DNA from: a plasmid | Length of the DNA stretch: 64,000 bases | Sequence record: NZ_CP094333.1 | Direction: 5' to 3' (one strand) | Shown: positions 29,887-39,537 of the stretch, piece after piece | Numbering within the stretch: position 1 is the first letter of the stretch | How the letters are laid out: every line of letters starts with the position of its first letter | Position numbers and translations under genes: made by a program | The notes under the pieces: model-generated | Databases searched by the model: none | Told to the model about the DNA's origin: nothing | What the model saw: the letters and a program-made list of their open reading frames with translations, nothing else

Positions 29887-30521
29887 TAATACGCGAACAC
29901 GATAAAAAATTAATCTGGCCTGAAGATCTCAATGAAGCGGGCCAGTCCTACCAAAAATTAGAAAACATCACTGACGACGCAGGCTTTAAGCACGAGGTCA
30001 TTCTTGAAGACATCGGCGAACAAGCACGTCTTTACTTGCGTCATATCGAGTCAAATGAAGTTTCCGCAAACTATATGCTTGAGTTTGCTCTGGAAGCTCC
30101 AGAGGGTTTTCCTGATCGTATTCCGCAGGTTATCAGTGCATTTGTCGGCGATGAATATAGGGCAGTAAAACTGTCCCAGCACGTATACCGGCTAATCATG
30201 GCACATTATGGTGTCGTTGTAAGCGATACGCAGCAGACCGCTGGCGGCATATATATCTGGCTCTATATGGCTCTGGGGAATGACGTGCTGATTAACGTCA
30301 TGAAAATTCATGGGGAAAAACTGGAGTATCAGCTAAATGCCGCTGGTAAGCCTGAAGCTTATTGTGGCAAACTCGACCTACTGGAACAGGCTGGCGATAC
30401 TATCTGGGGTGGCCCAGATGAAGTGGTTGCTGAAATAAACCTAGAGCGTCTGGGCTTTAAGCCGACGCACCAGGATATGCAGCATATTGTTTTGGCCGCT
30501 CGCCTCAATACTAATTCGTAG
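29874..30521 (+). CDS. hypothetical protein (215 aa)
   Basis: Translationally coupled to the upstream ORF. No motif recognised. Confidence 0.5.
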   Translation: MSPLIIREHDKKLIWPEDLNEAGQSYQKLENITDDAGFKHEVILEDIGEQARLYLRHIESNEVSANYMLEFALEAPEGFPDRIPQVISAFVGDEYRAVKLSQHVYRLIMAHYGVVVSDTQQTAGGIYIWLYMALGNDVLINVMKIHGEKLEYQLNAAGKPEAYCGKLDLLEQAGDTIWGGPDEVVAEINLERLGFKPTHQDMQHIVLAARLNTNS

Positions 30522-30544
30522 TAAAGAATTCCGGCGTCAGCGAC

Positions 30545-30578
30545 TCAGGGCTCCGTTTGGGAAACGGAGCCTTATAAA
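30545..30578. terminator. bidirectional intrinsic terminator-like hairpin
   Basis: ggctccgtttgggaaacggagcc gives a 9-bp stem and lies between convergent genes. Confidence 0.45.
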
Positions 30579-30691
30579 GGCTGGACCTTGTTCTGGAAGA
30601 ACTATGATCGACTCCCCCATATCTACCGTTCGCAATGGCGATATCAGCGACGCTTCATTCTCAAAAGAATCTGGAAACGCATCAGAACCGG

Positions 30692-30976
30692 CTAAGCCGG
30701 TTCTTCCAGCAGCATCCCCAACCCGGCCAGCCAGCACAGACAGCACCAGGTGGTGAACACCATTCTGGTCTCGCCGGATTTCCACTTACGGATGGTGCGC
30801 TCGTCCACATCTAGCCGGTTGGCCAGCTGGATATCTGTGAGCGGGATCAGCGCCCGGACCACGCTGACTTCACTGGCTGAAGGTGCCATCCAGCTCTCGC
30901 CCGAGCACAGTGTTTCAGGGTTAAATTTCTCTAGTTCTATCAGCCCCTGAACCTGACGGGCATTTTCTGCCTTCAT
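30692..30976 (-). CDS. XRE-family helix-turn-helix transcriptional regulator (94 aa)
   Basis: HTH region LTDIQLANRLDVDERTIRKWKSG. Lies immediately downstream of the DUF3800 gene. Confidence 0.65.
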   Translation of the reverse strand: MKAENARQVQGLIELEKFNPETLCSGESWMAPSASEVSVVRALIPLTDIQLANRLDVDERTIRKWKSGETRMVFTTWCCLCWLAGLGMLLEEPA

Positions 30977-30995
30977 ATGCGGTTAACCTTTCTGA

Positions 30996-32129
30996 TCAGG
31001 ATTGCGACACACTTTGTACACGATGGGCAAGACGGCGCGTTTCTTCCACGGCCCTGAGTTCATTTGCTTTTTCTATCATTTCTGCGGTTGGTTCAGAAAG
31101 TTTTTCAAAAAACTCCTTAAACCTCTTTGCAACTGACTGCAGAGAAACACTGTCAGTTCTCGCTGTTTTAAGATTGGTGTAGACGAGGCGGGAGAGGGGT
31201 TTGGTCAGTTCCTTCCGTTCCATGTATCGTTTGAAGATCCAGAGATAAATATCAACCAGTTCCAGCCCGGCACTCATCGTTCCCGACTGGAAGACAAGCG
31301 GTTTTGCTGGCATGTTCTTCATATCCATGACAGGCAAACCCGGCCCCAGTGCCCACGGCTGTTCGCGGATCTGGTAGTAAAACTCGTTCAACTCCCGCTG
31401 GGTGGTGTTGAACTGTGACTGCTGGTCAACAATGATATCTGCTTTCCGGTTCGGTGCCCCCAGACGAGAACAGATCCCGTGCAAAACGGACTGAAAACCA
31501 ATCATATTGGGCATGATCTGCAACTTTTCCTTATTGGTTTTGCAGTTGTACCCCAGCTCATCAAAGTTGACCATCGCCCAAGATAGGGCATCGGTAATGA
31601 GTTCAACTGAACGGGCATCACCCAGAGAGTGAACGCGCTGAAGCAGCACTCCACAAACCTCACTGAATAATGAGCAAGAACGTTCATCATGAGCCTCAAG
31701 ACGGGCACGCCACGCTTTTTCAGCCAGCTCATCATCAAACAGATTAGACAGATTCAGCAGCAGGGGATAGCGCAGAGGGGTCCAGTAGGCACTCCAGGGC
31801 ACAACCGGATTCAGTCCCTGATCAAACACCTGGTCGAAGAACGAAATAATGGCGTGATCGCGCTTAACCACCTGCCAGATATCAAACCGTATCCGGTGAT
31901 TTTTCTGCAGGACCAGCAGCGTATCCACAACTTCTGAAAGGCGGTGCACGCCCAGTTCCGCAGCGTGCAGGCGCTCCACGCCCAGAGTTTTGCGTAATGC
32001 GGCAAGATCCGCTTCAGCAACCTTATCTAGGTCAGCCTCTGAGGACAGAACTCCGTAGGAGAGGATTGGCTGGGTTTTGTCAAAAAGGTTTCGGCCAGTC
32101 TGGCCTGTTTCATCCACATAAAAGTGCAT
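30996..32129 (-). CDS. DUF3800-family protein (377 aa)
   Basis: The N-terminal MHFYVDETGQTG matches the DUF3800 hallmark (hYhDESG). Confidence 0.6.
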   Translation of the reverse strand: MHFYVDETGQTGRNLFDKTQPILSYGVLSSEADLDKVAEADLAALRKTLGVERLHAAELGVHRLSEVVDTLLVLQKNHRIRFDIWQVVKRDHAIISFFDQVFDQGLNPVVPWSAYWTPLRYPLLLNLSNLFDDELAEKAWRARLEAHDERSCSLFSEVCGVLLQRVHSLGDARSVELITDALSWAMVNFDELGYNCKTNKEKLQIMPNMIGFQSVLHGICSRLGAPNRKADIIVDQQSQFNTTQRELNEFYYQIREQPWALGPGLPVMDMKNMPAKPLVFQSGTMSAGLELVDIYLWIFKRYMERKELTKPLSRLVYTNLKTARTDSVSLQSVAKRFKEFFEKLSEPTAEMIEKANELRAVEETRRLAHRVQSVSQS

Positions 32130-32453
32130 TCAGATATCCTTTTCAAGGCAGGAGGAAAAGAAACGGCATAATTCAAATCAATGTAAAACCTTCCTGTTGC
32201 CGGCTGCAAGTGATCCTCTTAAATAAGTTTTCGGATCTCAGGAAGGGAAAAAAACAGATTTTTGCAGGATAAGCACTAAAAACGGTGAATTGTTGTGATG
32301 AGTGGATTATTGCCTGAGAGGCAAAATTCACGAAAGAGCTAGCCTGAAATGGCAACAAATAGGCCAGAGAAACTTTTTTCAGTTCATTTTCATCAACCGG
32401 CCTTAAAGGCCGCTTCGGATTTCCTAAATACAGTTTTACATAAGGAACATCGT

Positions 32454-32651
32454 ATGACTGTATTTCTCATGGCCGTTTTCTTTGGCCTCTTAAAAACTGG
32501 CTCTCTCATTGCCCTACTTGTTGATGCCTATAAAGGCTGGACCTTGTTTTGGAAGAACTATGATCGACTCCCCCATATCTACCGTTCACAATGGCGATAT
32601 CAGCGACGCTTCATACTCAAAAGAATCTGGAAACGCATCAGAACCGGCTAA
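32454..32651 (+). CDS. possible small membrane peptide (65 aa)
   Basis: AAGGA SD and an N-terminal hydrophobic helix MTVFLMAVFFGLLKTGSLIALLV. It reads into the duplicated segment, so it may be spurious. Confidence 0.2.
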   Translation: MTVFLMAVFFGLLKTGSLIALLVDAYKGWTLFWKNYDRLPHIYRSQWRYQRRFILKRIWKRIRTG

Positions 32652-32761
32652 GCCGGTTCTTCCAGCAGCATTCCCAGCCCGGCCAGCCAGCACAGGCAGC
32701 ACCAGGTGGTGAATACCATACTGGTCTCGCCGGATTTCCCCTTGCGGATGGTGCGTTCGCC
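32531..32761. repeat. partial duplicate (about 93% identity) of 30576-30790 (3' end of an XRE-HTH gene paralogue), truncated by IS26
   Basis: ataaaggctggaccttgtt(c/t)tggaagaactatgatcgactcccccatatctaccgttc… is present at both sites. The second copy ends at the IS26 IR. Confidence 0.6.
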
Positions 32762-33581
32762 GGCACTGTTGCAAAGTTAGCGATGAGGCAGCCTTTTGTC
32801 TTATTCAAAGGCCTTACATTTCAAAAACTCTGCTTACCAGGCGCATTTCGCCCAGGGGATCACCATAATAAAATGCTGAGGCCTGGCCTTTGCGTAGTGC
32901 ACGCATCACCTCAATACCTTTGATGGTGGCGTAAGCCGTCTTCATGGATTTAAATCCCAGCGTGGCGTTGATTATCCGTTTCAGTTTGCCATGATCGCAT
33001 TCAATCACGTTGTTCCGGTACTTAATCTGTCGGTGTTCAACGTCAGACGGGCACCGGCCTTCGCGTTTGAGCAGAGCAAGCGCGCGACCATAGGCGGGCG
33101 CTTTATCCGTGTTGATGAATCGTGGGATCTGCCACTTCTTCACGTTGTTGAGGATTTTACCCAGAAACCGGTATGCAGCTTTGCTGTTACGACGGGAGGA
33201 GAGATAAAAATCGACAGTGCGGCCCCGGCTGTCGACGGCCCGGTACAGATACGCCCAGCGGCCATTGACCTTCACGTAGGTTTCATCCATGTGCCACGGG
33301 CAAAGATCGGAAGGGTTACGCCAGTACCAGCGCAGCCGTTTTTCCATTTCAGGCGCATAACGCTGAACCCAGCGGTAAATCGTGGAGTGATCGACATTCA
33401 CTCCGCGTTCAGCCAGCATCTCCTGCAGCTCACGGTAACTGATGCCGTATTTGCAGTACCAGCGTACGGCCCACAGAATGATGTCACGCTGAAAATGCCG
33501 GCCTTTGAATGGGTTCATGTGCAGCTCCATCAGCAAAAGGGGATGATAAGTTTATCACCACCGACTATTTGCAACAGTGCC
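32762..33581 (-). mobile_element. IS26 (820 bp)
   Basis: 14-bp IRs GGCACTGTTGCAAA at 32762 and the reverse complement ending at 33581. Encodes Tnp26. Confidence 0.95.
32814..33536 (-). CDS. tnpA: IS26 transposase Tnp26 (240 aa)
   Basis: [40 protein letters not shown]… is the canonical sequence. Confidence 0.95.
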   Translation of the reverse strand: MLMELHMNPFKGRHFQRDIILWAVRWYCKYGISYRELQEMLAERGVNVDHSTIYRWVQRYAPEMEKRLRWYWRNPSDLCPWHMDETYVKVNGRWAYLYRAVDSRGRTVDFYLSSRRNSKAAYRFLGKILNNVKKWQIPRFINTDKAPAYGRALALLKREGRCPSDVEHRQIKYRNNVIECDHGKLKRIINATLGFKSMKTAYATIKGIEVMRALRKGQASAFYYGDPLGEMRLVSRVFEM

Positions 33582-33917
33582 CAGATACGCCCAGCGGCCA
33601 TTGACCTTCACGTAGGTTTCATCCATGTGCCACGGGCAAAGATCGGAAGGGTTACGCCAGTACCAGCGCAGCCGTTTTTCCATTTCAGGCGCATAACGCT
33701 GAACCCAGCGGTAAATCGTGGAGTGATCGACATTCACTCCGCGTTCAGCCAGCATCTCCTGCAGCTCACGGTAACTGATGCCGTATTTGCAGTACCAGCG
33801 TACGGCCCACAGAATGATGTCACGCTGAAAATGCCGGCCTTTGAATGGGTTCATGTGCAGCTCCATCAGCAAAAGGGGATGATAAGTTTATCACCACCGA
33901 CTATTTGCAACAGTGCC
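33582..33917 (-). mobile_element. truncated IS26 copy (336 bp: IR plus the first 105 codons of tnp26) directly abutting the complete IS26
   Basis: Sequence identical to the tnp26 5' region, ending with ttgcaacagtgcc at 33917. The ORF 33555-33872 is the Tnp26 N-terminal fragment. Confidence 0.85.
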
Positions 33918-34345
33918 GTTTACTCATACCTAGATTCTACGTCAGTACTTCAAAAAGCATAATCAAAGCCTTGATAAATATGCATTCCTTCGAAATTCAG
34001 CTTTCACCCATTGGGTGAAAGAAAAGTGCTCAACATAAAATACTCGAAGAAGATTTAGGCATAGATGTATATTTCTGTGACCCACATTCACCCTGGCAAA
34101 AAGGCACATGCGAAAATATGAATGGTTTAATTAGGCAATATTTACCTAAAGGGATTGATTTAAATCAGGCAGATCAGCATTATTTAAATCAAGTTGCCAT
34201 GTCACTGAATACTCGTCCTAGAAAGGCGTTAGATTGGCTTACACCATTAGAGAAATTTGCTCAGCTTGTTGATTATCATATGGCTTTTGAAACTGTCGCA
34301 CCTCATGTTTGAATTCGCCCCATATTTTTGCTACAGTGAACCAAA
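33918..34345 (+). mobile_element. ISAba125 remnant (3' end of IS30-family transposase gene plus right end) providing the blaNDM upstream region
   Basis: Translation …FCDPHSPWQKGTCENMNGLIRQYLPKGIDLNQADQHYLNQVAMSLNTRPRKALDWLTPLEKF… is an IS30-family DDE C-terminus. This is the well-known configuration upstream of blaNDM. Confidence 0.6.
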
Positions 34346-34412
34346 TTAAGATCATCTATTTACTAGGCCTCGCATTTGCGGGGTTTTTAATGCTGAATAA
34401 AAGGAAAACTTG

Positions 34413-35225
34413 ATGGAATTGCCCAATATTATGCACCCGGTCGCGAAGCTGAGCACCGCATTAGCCGCTGCATTGATGCTGAGCGGGTGCATGCCCGGTG
34501 AAATCCGCCCGACGATTGGCCAGCAAATGGAAACTGGCGACCAACGGTTTGGCGATCTGGTTTTCCGCCAGCTCGCACCGAATGTCTGGCAGCACACTTC
34601 CTATCTCGACATGCCGGGTTTCGGGGCAGTCGCTTCCAACGGTTTGATCGTCAGGGATGGCGGCCGCGTGCTGTTGGTCGATACCGCCTGGACCGATGAC
34701 CAGACCGCCCAGATCCTCAACTGGATCAAGCAGGAGATCAACCTGCCGGTCGCGCTGGCGGTGGTGACTCACGCGCATCAGGACAAGATGGGCGGTATGG
34801 ACGCGCTGCATGCGGCGGGGATTGCGACTTATGCCAATGCGTTGTCGAACCAGCTTGCCCCGCAAGAGGGGCTGGTTGCGGCGCAACACAGCCTGACTTT
34901 CGCCGCCAATGGCTGGGTCGAACCAGCAACCGCGCCCAACTTTGGCCCGCTCAAGGTATTTTACCCCGGCCCCGGCCACACCAGTGACAATATCACCGTT
35001 GGGATCGACGGCACCGACATCGCTTTTGGTGGCTGCCTGATCAAGGACAGCAAGGCCAAGTCGCTCGGCAATCTCGGTGATGCCGACACTGAGCACTACG
35101 CCGCGTCAGCGCGCGCGTTTGGTGCAGCGTTCCCCAAGGCCAGCATGATCGTGATGAGCCATTCCGCCCCCGATAGCCGCGCCGCAATCACTCATACGGC
35201 CCGCATGGCCGACAAGCTGCGCTGA
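34413..35225 (+). CDS. blaNDM-5: NDM metallo-beta-lactamase; residues L88 and L154 with E170 are consistent with NDM-5
   Basis: 270-aa [29 protein letters not shown]… Compared with NDM-1 it has …[11 protein letters not shown]… (V88L) and …[10 protein letters not shown]… (M154L). Confidence 0.9.
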   Translation: MELPNIMHPVAKLSTALAAALMLSGCMPGEIRPTIGQQMETGDQRFGDLVFRQLAPNVWQHTSYLDMPGFGAVASNGLIVRDGGRVLLVDTAWTDDQTAQILNWIKQEINLPVALAVVTHAHQDKMGGMDALHAAGIATYANALSNQLAPQEGLVAAQHSLTFAANGWVEPATAPNFGPLKVFYPGPGHTSDNITVGIDGTDIAFGGCLIKDSKAKSLGNLGDADTEHYAASARAFGAAFPKASMIVMSHSAPDSRAAITHTARMADKLR

Positions 35226-35228
35226 GCC

Positions 35229-35594
35229 ATGGCTGACCACGTCACCCCCAATCTGCCATCGCGCGATTTCGATGTGACAGAGGCGTTTTATGCGAAGCTG
35301 GGCTTTGCGACGAGTTGGAAGGATCGCGGCTGGATGATCCTGCAGCGCGGCGGTTTGCAGCTCGAATTCTTCCCCTATCCTGACCTCGACCCAGCTACGA
35401 GCTCGTTCGGCTGTTGCCTGCGGTTGGATGATCTCGATGCCATGGTGGCATTGGTGAACGCGGCGGGAGCCGAGGAAAAAAGCACCGGCTGGCCGCGCTT
35501 CAAAGCTCCGCAACTGGAGGCGAGCGGCCTGAGGATCGGCTACCTGATCGATCCCGACTGCACGCTGGTGCGGCTGATCCAGAACCCCGACTGA
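35229..35594 (+). CDS. bleMBL: bleomycin resistance protein BleMBL
   Basis: 121-aa MADHVTPNLPSRDFDVTEAFYAKLGF… is the canonical partner of blaNDM. Confidence 0.9.
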   Translation: MADHVTPNLPSRDFDVTEAFYAKLGFATSWKDRGWMILQRGGLQLEFFPYPDLDPATSSFGCCLRLDDLDAMVALVNAAGAEEKSTGWPRFKAPQLEASGLRIGYLIDPDCTLVRLIQNPD

Positions 35595-35598
35595 CCGC

Positions 35599-36237
35599 AT
35601 GCCCGCGAAAATCAAGATTTGCGGGATCAGCACACCCGAGGCGCTCGATGCGACCATCGCGGCGCGGGCGGACTATGCCGGGTTGGTGTTCTATCCAGCG
35701 TCGCCCCGTGCGGTTACGTCGAATGTCGCGGGCGCTTTGACATCGCGCGCAGCTGGCCAGATCGCCATGGTCGGTTTGTTCGTCGATGCGGATGATGCTG
35801 TCATCGCCGACGCACTGGTGGCAGCCAAGCTGAACGCGCTGCAGCTGCACGGTTCGGAATCGCCCGAACGCGTGGCCCAGTTGCGCGCGCGGTTTGGCAA
35901 GCCGGTGTGGAAGGCGCTGCCCGTCGCCAGCGCCAGCGATGTCGCACGCGCCGCAGCCTATGCCGGGGCGGCGGACTTGATCTTGTTCGACGCCAAGACC
36001 CCCAAAGGCGCGCTGCCCGGCGGCATGGGGTTGGCGTTCGACTGGTCGCTGCTGGCCGGATATCGCGGTGCCTTGCCGTGGGGGCTGGCAGGCGGGCTAA
36101 ATCCGACGAATGTTGCCGAGGCGATTGCGCGCACCGGAGCGCCGCTGGTCGATACCTCCAGCGGCGTCGAAAGCGCGCCGGGCGTCAAGGATACCGACAA
36201 GATTACCAATTTCGCCTTTGCGGTGCGCTTGGCCTAA
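35599..36237 (+). CDS. trpF: phosphoribosylanthranilate isomerase TrpF (NDM-region copy)
   Basis: MPAKIKICGISTPEALDATIAARADYAGLVFYPASPRAV…. Confidence 0.85.
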   Translation: MPAKIKICGISTPEALDATIAARADYAGLVFYPASPRAVTSNVAGALTSRAAGQIAMVGLFVDADDAVIADALVAAKLNALQLHGSESPERVAQLRARFGKPVWKALPVASASDVARAAAYAGAADLILFDAKTPKGALPGGMGLAFDWSLLAGYRGALPWGLAGGLNPTNVAEAIARTGAPLVDTSSGVESAPGVKDTDKITNFAFAVRLA

Positions 36238-36247
36238 ATCGCGTCGA

Positions 36248-37279
36248 TCAATAGGCGTCGTTCAGCGCAAAGATCGGCTTGCGGGTGCGCCACTGCCCTC
36301 GGGTGAAGTCGGGAAAATCTAACGTGCGATTGCCCTCAGCAATCGATTGTTCCGACAGAGGCGTGATCGCGCTCCAGGCCAGCGCGTCGTAAATGTCGAT
36401 TGGCATCGGGGCCTTGGCCTTCAGCGCCTCGACAAAAGCGTGGATCACGAACCAGTCCATCCCGCCATGCCCGGCCCCTGCCGCCAGATCGGCGTAGCGT
36501 TTCCATAGCGGGTGATCGTATTTCGCAAACCAGCCCTCGGCAGGCTCCCAGCGGTGCGGCTGTGGGCTCTTGCCCTCCAGATAGATCGACTTGTTGACGT
36601 CCATCCACAGCCCCTCGGTGCCTTGCACCCGAAAGCCGAGAGAATAGGGGCGCGGCAGCGAGGTGTCGTGGCACAGCATGATCGTTTCACCATTAGTGCA
36701 GCCGATCATGGTGTTGACCACATCACCCAGTGCGAATTTCACCTCGGCGTTGGGATGATCGGCAGAGCCGTTCTTGACGACATAATCATGCAGCCCGCGC
36801 GCCTTACAGCCGAAGCCGCCAGCGCCCGCTTCGCCCGGCAACGCGACCTTCAGGGTGCGGGTCTGCGGCGGGTAGCACACGCCGGCATCGGCGCAGCCCT
36901 GGTACTTCACGGTCAGGGTGGTCGCGCTCGCGCCGGCCGCGGGCGTGCCGGTGAGGGTGCCGAGCAATTCCTTGCGGTAGGTTTCGACGTCGCCGAAGAA
37001 TTCGTCGCGGTAGGCCTTGCCCTTCGGCAGCGCCATGGTCGCGCCGGTGAAGGCGGCATCGGCCTTGACCGAGGTGCGGTGCCGGTACAGGTAATAGCCG
37101 TCGGCGATCCGCCAGCGCACCTCGATGCGGTCCGGCGCGGTGGCCTGCGCGGACAGGACGAAGACCTCGTCGACCGGCGGCAGTTCGAAGTCCTGGGCGA
37201 CGGCCGAGGTCGCGGGCAGCGCAAGCAGCAGGGCGAGCCCGGCCAGCCAGCGGCGCAGGCGGATCGTGGATGCGGTCAT
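36248..37279 (-). CDS. dsbD: twin-arginine signal-peptide thiol:disulfide interchange protein (dsbD/tat gene of the NDM region)
   Basis: Tat-like signal MTASTIRLRRWLAGLALLLALPATSAVA. High GC. Position and orientation match the conserved blaNDM downstream region. Confidence 0.65.
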   Translation of the reverse strand: MTASTIRLRRWLAGLALLLALPATSAVAQDFELPPVDEVFVLSAQATAPDRIEVRWRIADGYYLYRHRTSVKADAAFTGATMALPKGKAYRDEFFGDVETYRKELLGTLTGTPAAGASATTLTVKYQGCADAGVCYPPQTRTLKVALPGEAGAGGFGCKARGLHDYVVKNGSADHPNAEVKFALGDVVNTMIGCTNGETIMLCHDTSLPRPYSLGFRVQGTEGLWMDVNKSIYLEGKSPQPHRWEPAEGWFAKYDHPLWKRYADLAAGAGHGGMDWFVIHAFVEALKAKAPMPIDIYDALAWSAITPLSEQSIAEGNRTLDFPDFTRGQWRTRKPIFALNDAY

Positions 37280-37285
37280 TGGCTC

Positions 37286-37376
37286 AGTTTACCGGTCGGC
37301 TCTCGGCGGCCAGCCATTGCAGGTATTCGGGCAGGCCGGACGCGGCTTCGACCGCGAGCGGGTATAGGAAGTATAA
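37286..37376 (-). pseudogene. cutA1: delta-cutA1 (3' fragment of divalent-cation tolerance gene) truncated by ISCR1
   Basis: Minus-strand translation …LAVEAASGLPEYLQWLAAESRPVN* ends at 37286. Confidence 0.5.
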
Positions 37377-39530
37377 ACCACCTTTTTGCTCCTCATCCGA
37401 AGTATCTTACCTGAAATTCCCTCACTCGTTTACCGCTCAAGCCCCAATTTTAACTGCCGGTCCAGCCTAAACCGCTCTAATAAGGTTCGATTTGGCGGTA
37501 AAATCTCTAGCCTGATAGCTCGAGAGATACAAACTGCCCCACCGCCCCGTTTAAAAGTTGGCAGTGTTGAGCAGTGTTGGATTTGGGGTCGTCAGTCAAA
37601 GAGACGACTCTGTGATGGATCGAACAGGCTGGGAGTCAGTGGCGGCGCTCGTTCTGGTGGCAGCTCACGCTGCTTGGCGGCATTCGCCTTGGCTGTTTTC
37701 TGTTTCAGATGCTTGAGAATCTGCTCAATGACCTTCGGATCTTCGATGCTGGCAATCACTTTGACGTGACCGCCGCAGTGTTCGCAGACTTCAATATCAA
37801 TATTGAAGACTCGCTTGAGGCGTTGCATCCAGGTCATGGCGCGGTGGCGCTCTGCAGGACTCTTGTCACGCCAGTTAGTATCGAGACCTTCCGATTTGTC
37901 GGGCTTCTTGCCCCGCTTGGCGGGTGTTACTTGAACTCGGTGTTTGCTGTTCGGTGCAAAGACGCCGTGGAAGCGTGTGAGGTTGACTCGCGGCTTAGGT
38001 ACCAACGCAGCGAGTTTGGCGATGAAGTCCAGCGGCTCGAAGATCACATGGGTGGTGCCATTGCGGTACGGAGTTTTGAGCTCGTAACGCACCTGCCCAT
38101 TGGCGGTTAATGCCAGACGTTTTTCTGAAACCGCTGGCCGACTAATGTAGCGACACAAGCGCTCAAGCTTATCCCGCTGATGCGCTTCGGCCATCACACC
38201 GGCGTGTAGCGAGAAACCAGCATGGTTGGCTACTCGACTGCTTGAGTCGGCTTTATCCTCACGCCCTGGCAAGGTTTGCAGGGTGAAGACTTTGCGCCCT
38301 TGCTGGGGGCCGACGGCAATGCGATACGTAACCGAAGCACCATGTAATTGAGTCAGCGTATCGTCTTCGCCCTCTTCCAGTGTCAACCACGTATTCTCGG
38401 CATCACGCTCCAAAATCCCACGCTTTTCCATGCAGCGAGCGATGCGATGGCTGAGGGTGTGAGCGAGCGTATTCAGCTCATCGTAAGTGGGTGCCTTGAC
38501 ACGATGGAAGCGTTGCTTGCCATAGTCATCTTCGGCATAGACACCATCGAGAAACAGCATGTGGTAGTGGACATTGAGATTTAGCGCGGAGCCAAAGCGT
38601 TGGATAAGAGTCACTGAGCCAGTTTGTGCAGAGGCTTTGGTGTAACCGGCTTTTTTGATCAGATGAGTTGAGAGTGTACGATAGACGATACTCAAGACCT
38701 GGCCCATCAGCTGGGGATGGCGAGCCAGCAAAAAGCGTAGCTGGAAAGGAAAGCTGAGCACCCACTGGCGAATGGGCTCCTTGGGGAAGACTTCGTCTAT
38801 CAGCAGCGCCGCACTCTCGGCCATCCGGCGGGCACCGCAGCTAGGGCAAAAGCCGCGTCGTTTACAGCTGAAGGCGACCAGACGCTCGTGATGACAATCC
38901 TCGCAGCGAACCCGCATGAAACCATACTCCAGACGGCCACATTGGAGGAGGTCGTTGAATTCTTGTTGGATGTAGCGAGGCAGGTGTTGACCTTGGGCTT
39001 CGAGTGAGGCTTTGAAGGCTGGGTAGTGCTGCTCAACCAGCTGGTAGAGCAGCGTCTGGTCGGGTTGGTGGCGTTCGTAACCGTTTGTTTGAGTGGGCGA
39101 TTGACTCGCCGTGGCGTTCCTTGCCAGCGACATGGGTATCCTCCGCTGATACTGTGGTTATGTACAGTATCAGCGGCTTGCGTTCAGACGTCCAGTCTGG
39201 CCCTAGACATCGCTAAATGCTTAACCCGCAATAGCCCTCACGAGTTGTTATCAGCCACTACCGGTTGAGCGAGAAGGTTTTGGGTTCAGGGTGCTATTGC
39301 TCCACCAATCACAATACTGAAGCCCCAACTGTTATCAGTTGGGGCTTTTTCTTGTCTGTTTGCGGCGGTTGCGTTTTATCGGTAGTCGTCGAGCTCTGCA
39401 CCATCCCACATAAGAGCTTAACGGTGCGATCTTCAACGCCATCACACAAAACTTTCTTTTTCACGCACAGTCAACTTATTGGATGTTTTATTAACAACCC
39501 AAAAGGAGATATTTAGCGGGCGGCCGGAAG
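37377..39530 (-). mobile_element. ISCR1 (IS91-like rolling-circle element; approximate boundaries)
   Basis: Contains orf513. Located between sul1 (3'-CS) and the NDM region, as in complex class 1 integrons. Confidence 0.75.
37592..39133 (-). CDS. ISCR1 transposase Orf513 (513 aa)
   Basis: MSLARNATASQSPTQTNGYERHQPDQTLLYQLVEQHYPAFKASLEAQGQHLPRYIQQEF… with IS91-family HUH/Y motifs. Confidence 0.9.
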   Translation of the reverse strand: MSLARNATASQSPTQTNGYERHQPDQTLLYQLVEQHYPAFKASLEAQGQHLPRYIQQEFNDLLQCGRLEYGFMRVRCEDCHHERLVAFSCKRRGFCPSCGARRMAESAALLIDEVFPKEPIRQWVLSFPFQLRFLLARHPQLMGQVLSIVYRTLSTHLIKKAGYTKASAQTGSVTLIQRFGSALNLNVHYHMLFLDGVYAEDDYGKQRFHRVKAPTYDELNTLAHTLSHRIARCMEKRGILERDAENTWLTLEEGEDDTLTQLHGASVTYRIAVGPQQGRKVFTLQTLPGREDKADSSSRVANHAGFSLHAGVMAEAHQRDKLERLCRYISRPAVSEKRLALTANGQVRYELKTPYRNGTTHVIFEPLDFIAKLAALVPKPRVNLTRFHGVFAPNSKHRVQVTPAKRGKKPDKSEGLDTNWRDKSPAERHRAMTWMQRLKRVFNIDIEVCEHCGGHVKVIASIEDPKVIEQILKHLKQKTAKANAAKQRELPPERAPPLTPSLFDPSQSRLFD

Positions 39531-39537
39531 GTGAATG

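Noticed and set aside
32991-33962. 323-aa plus-strand ORF spanning IS26 and the adjacent IS26 fragment
   Set aside because: It is antisense to tnp26 and contains an internal perfect repeat generated by the tandem IS26 fragment, so it is an artefact.
36512-37414. 300-aa plus-strand ORF and other overlapping ORFs (36336-36693, 36913-37224) in the dsbD region
   Set aside because: They are shadow ORFs in a high-GC segment, antisense or out of frame to the Tat-signal dsbD gene.
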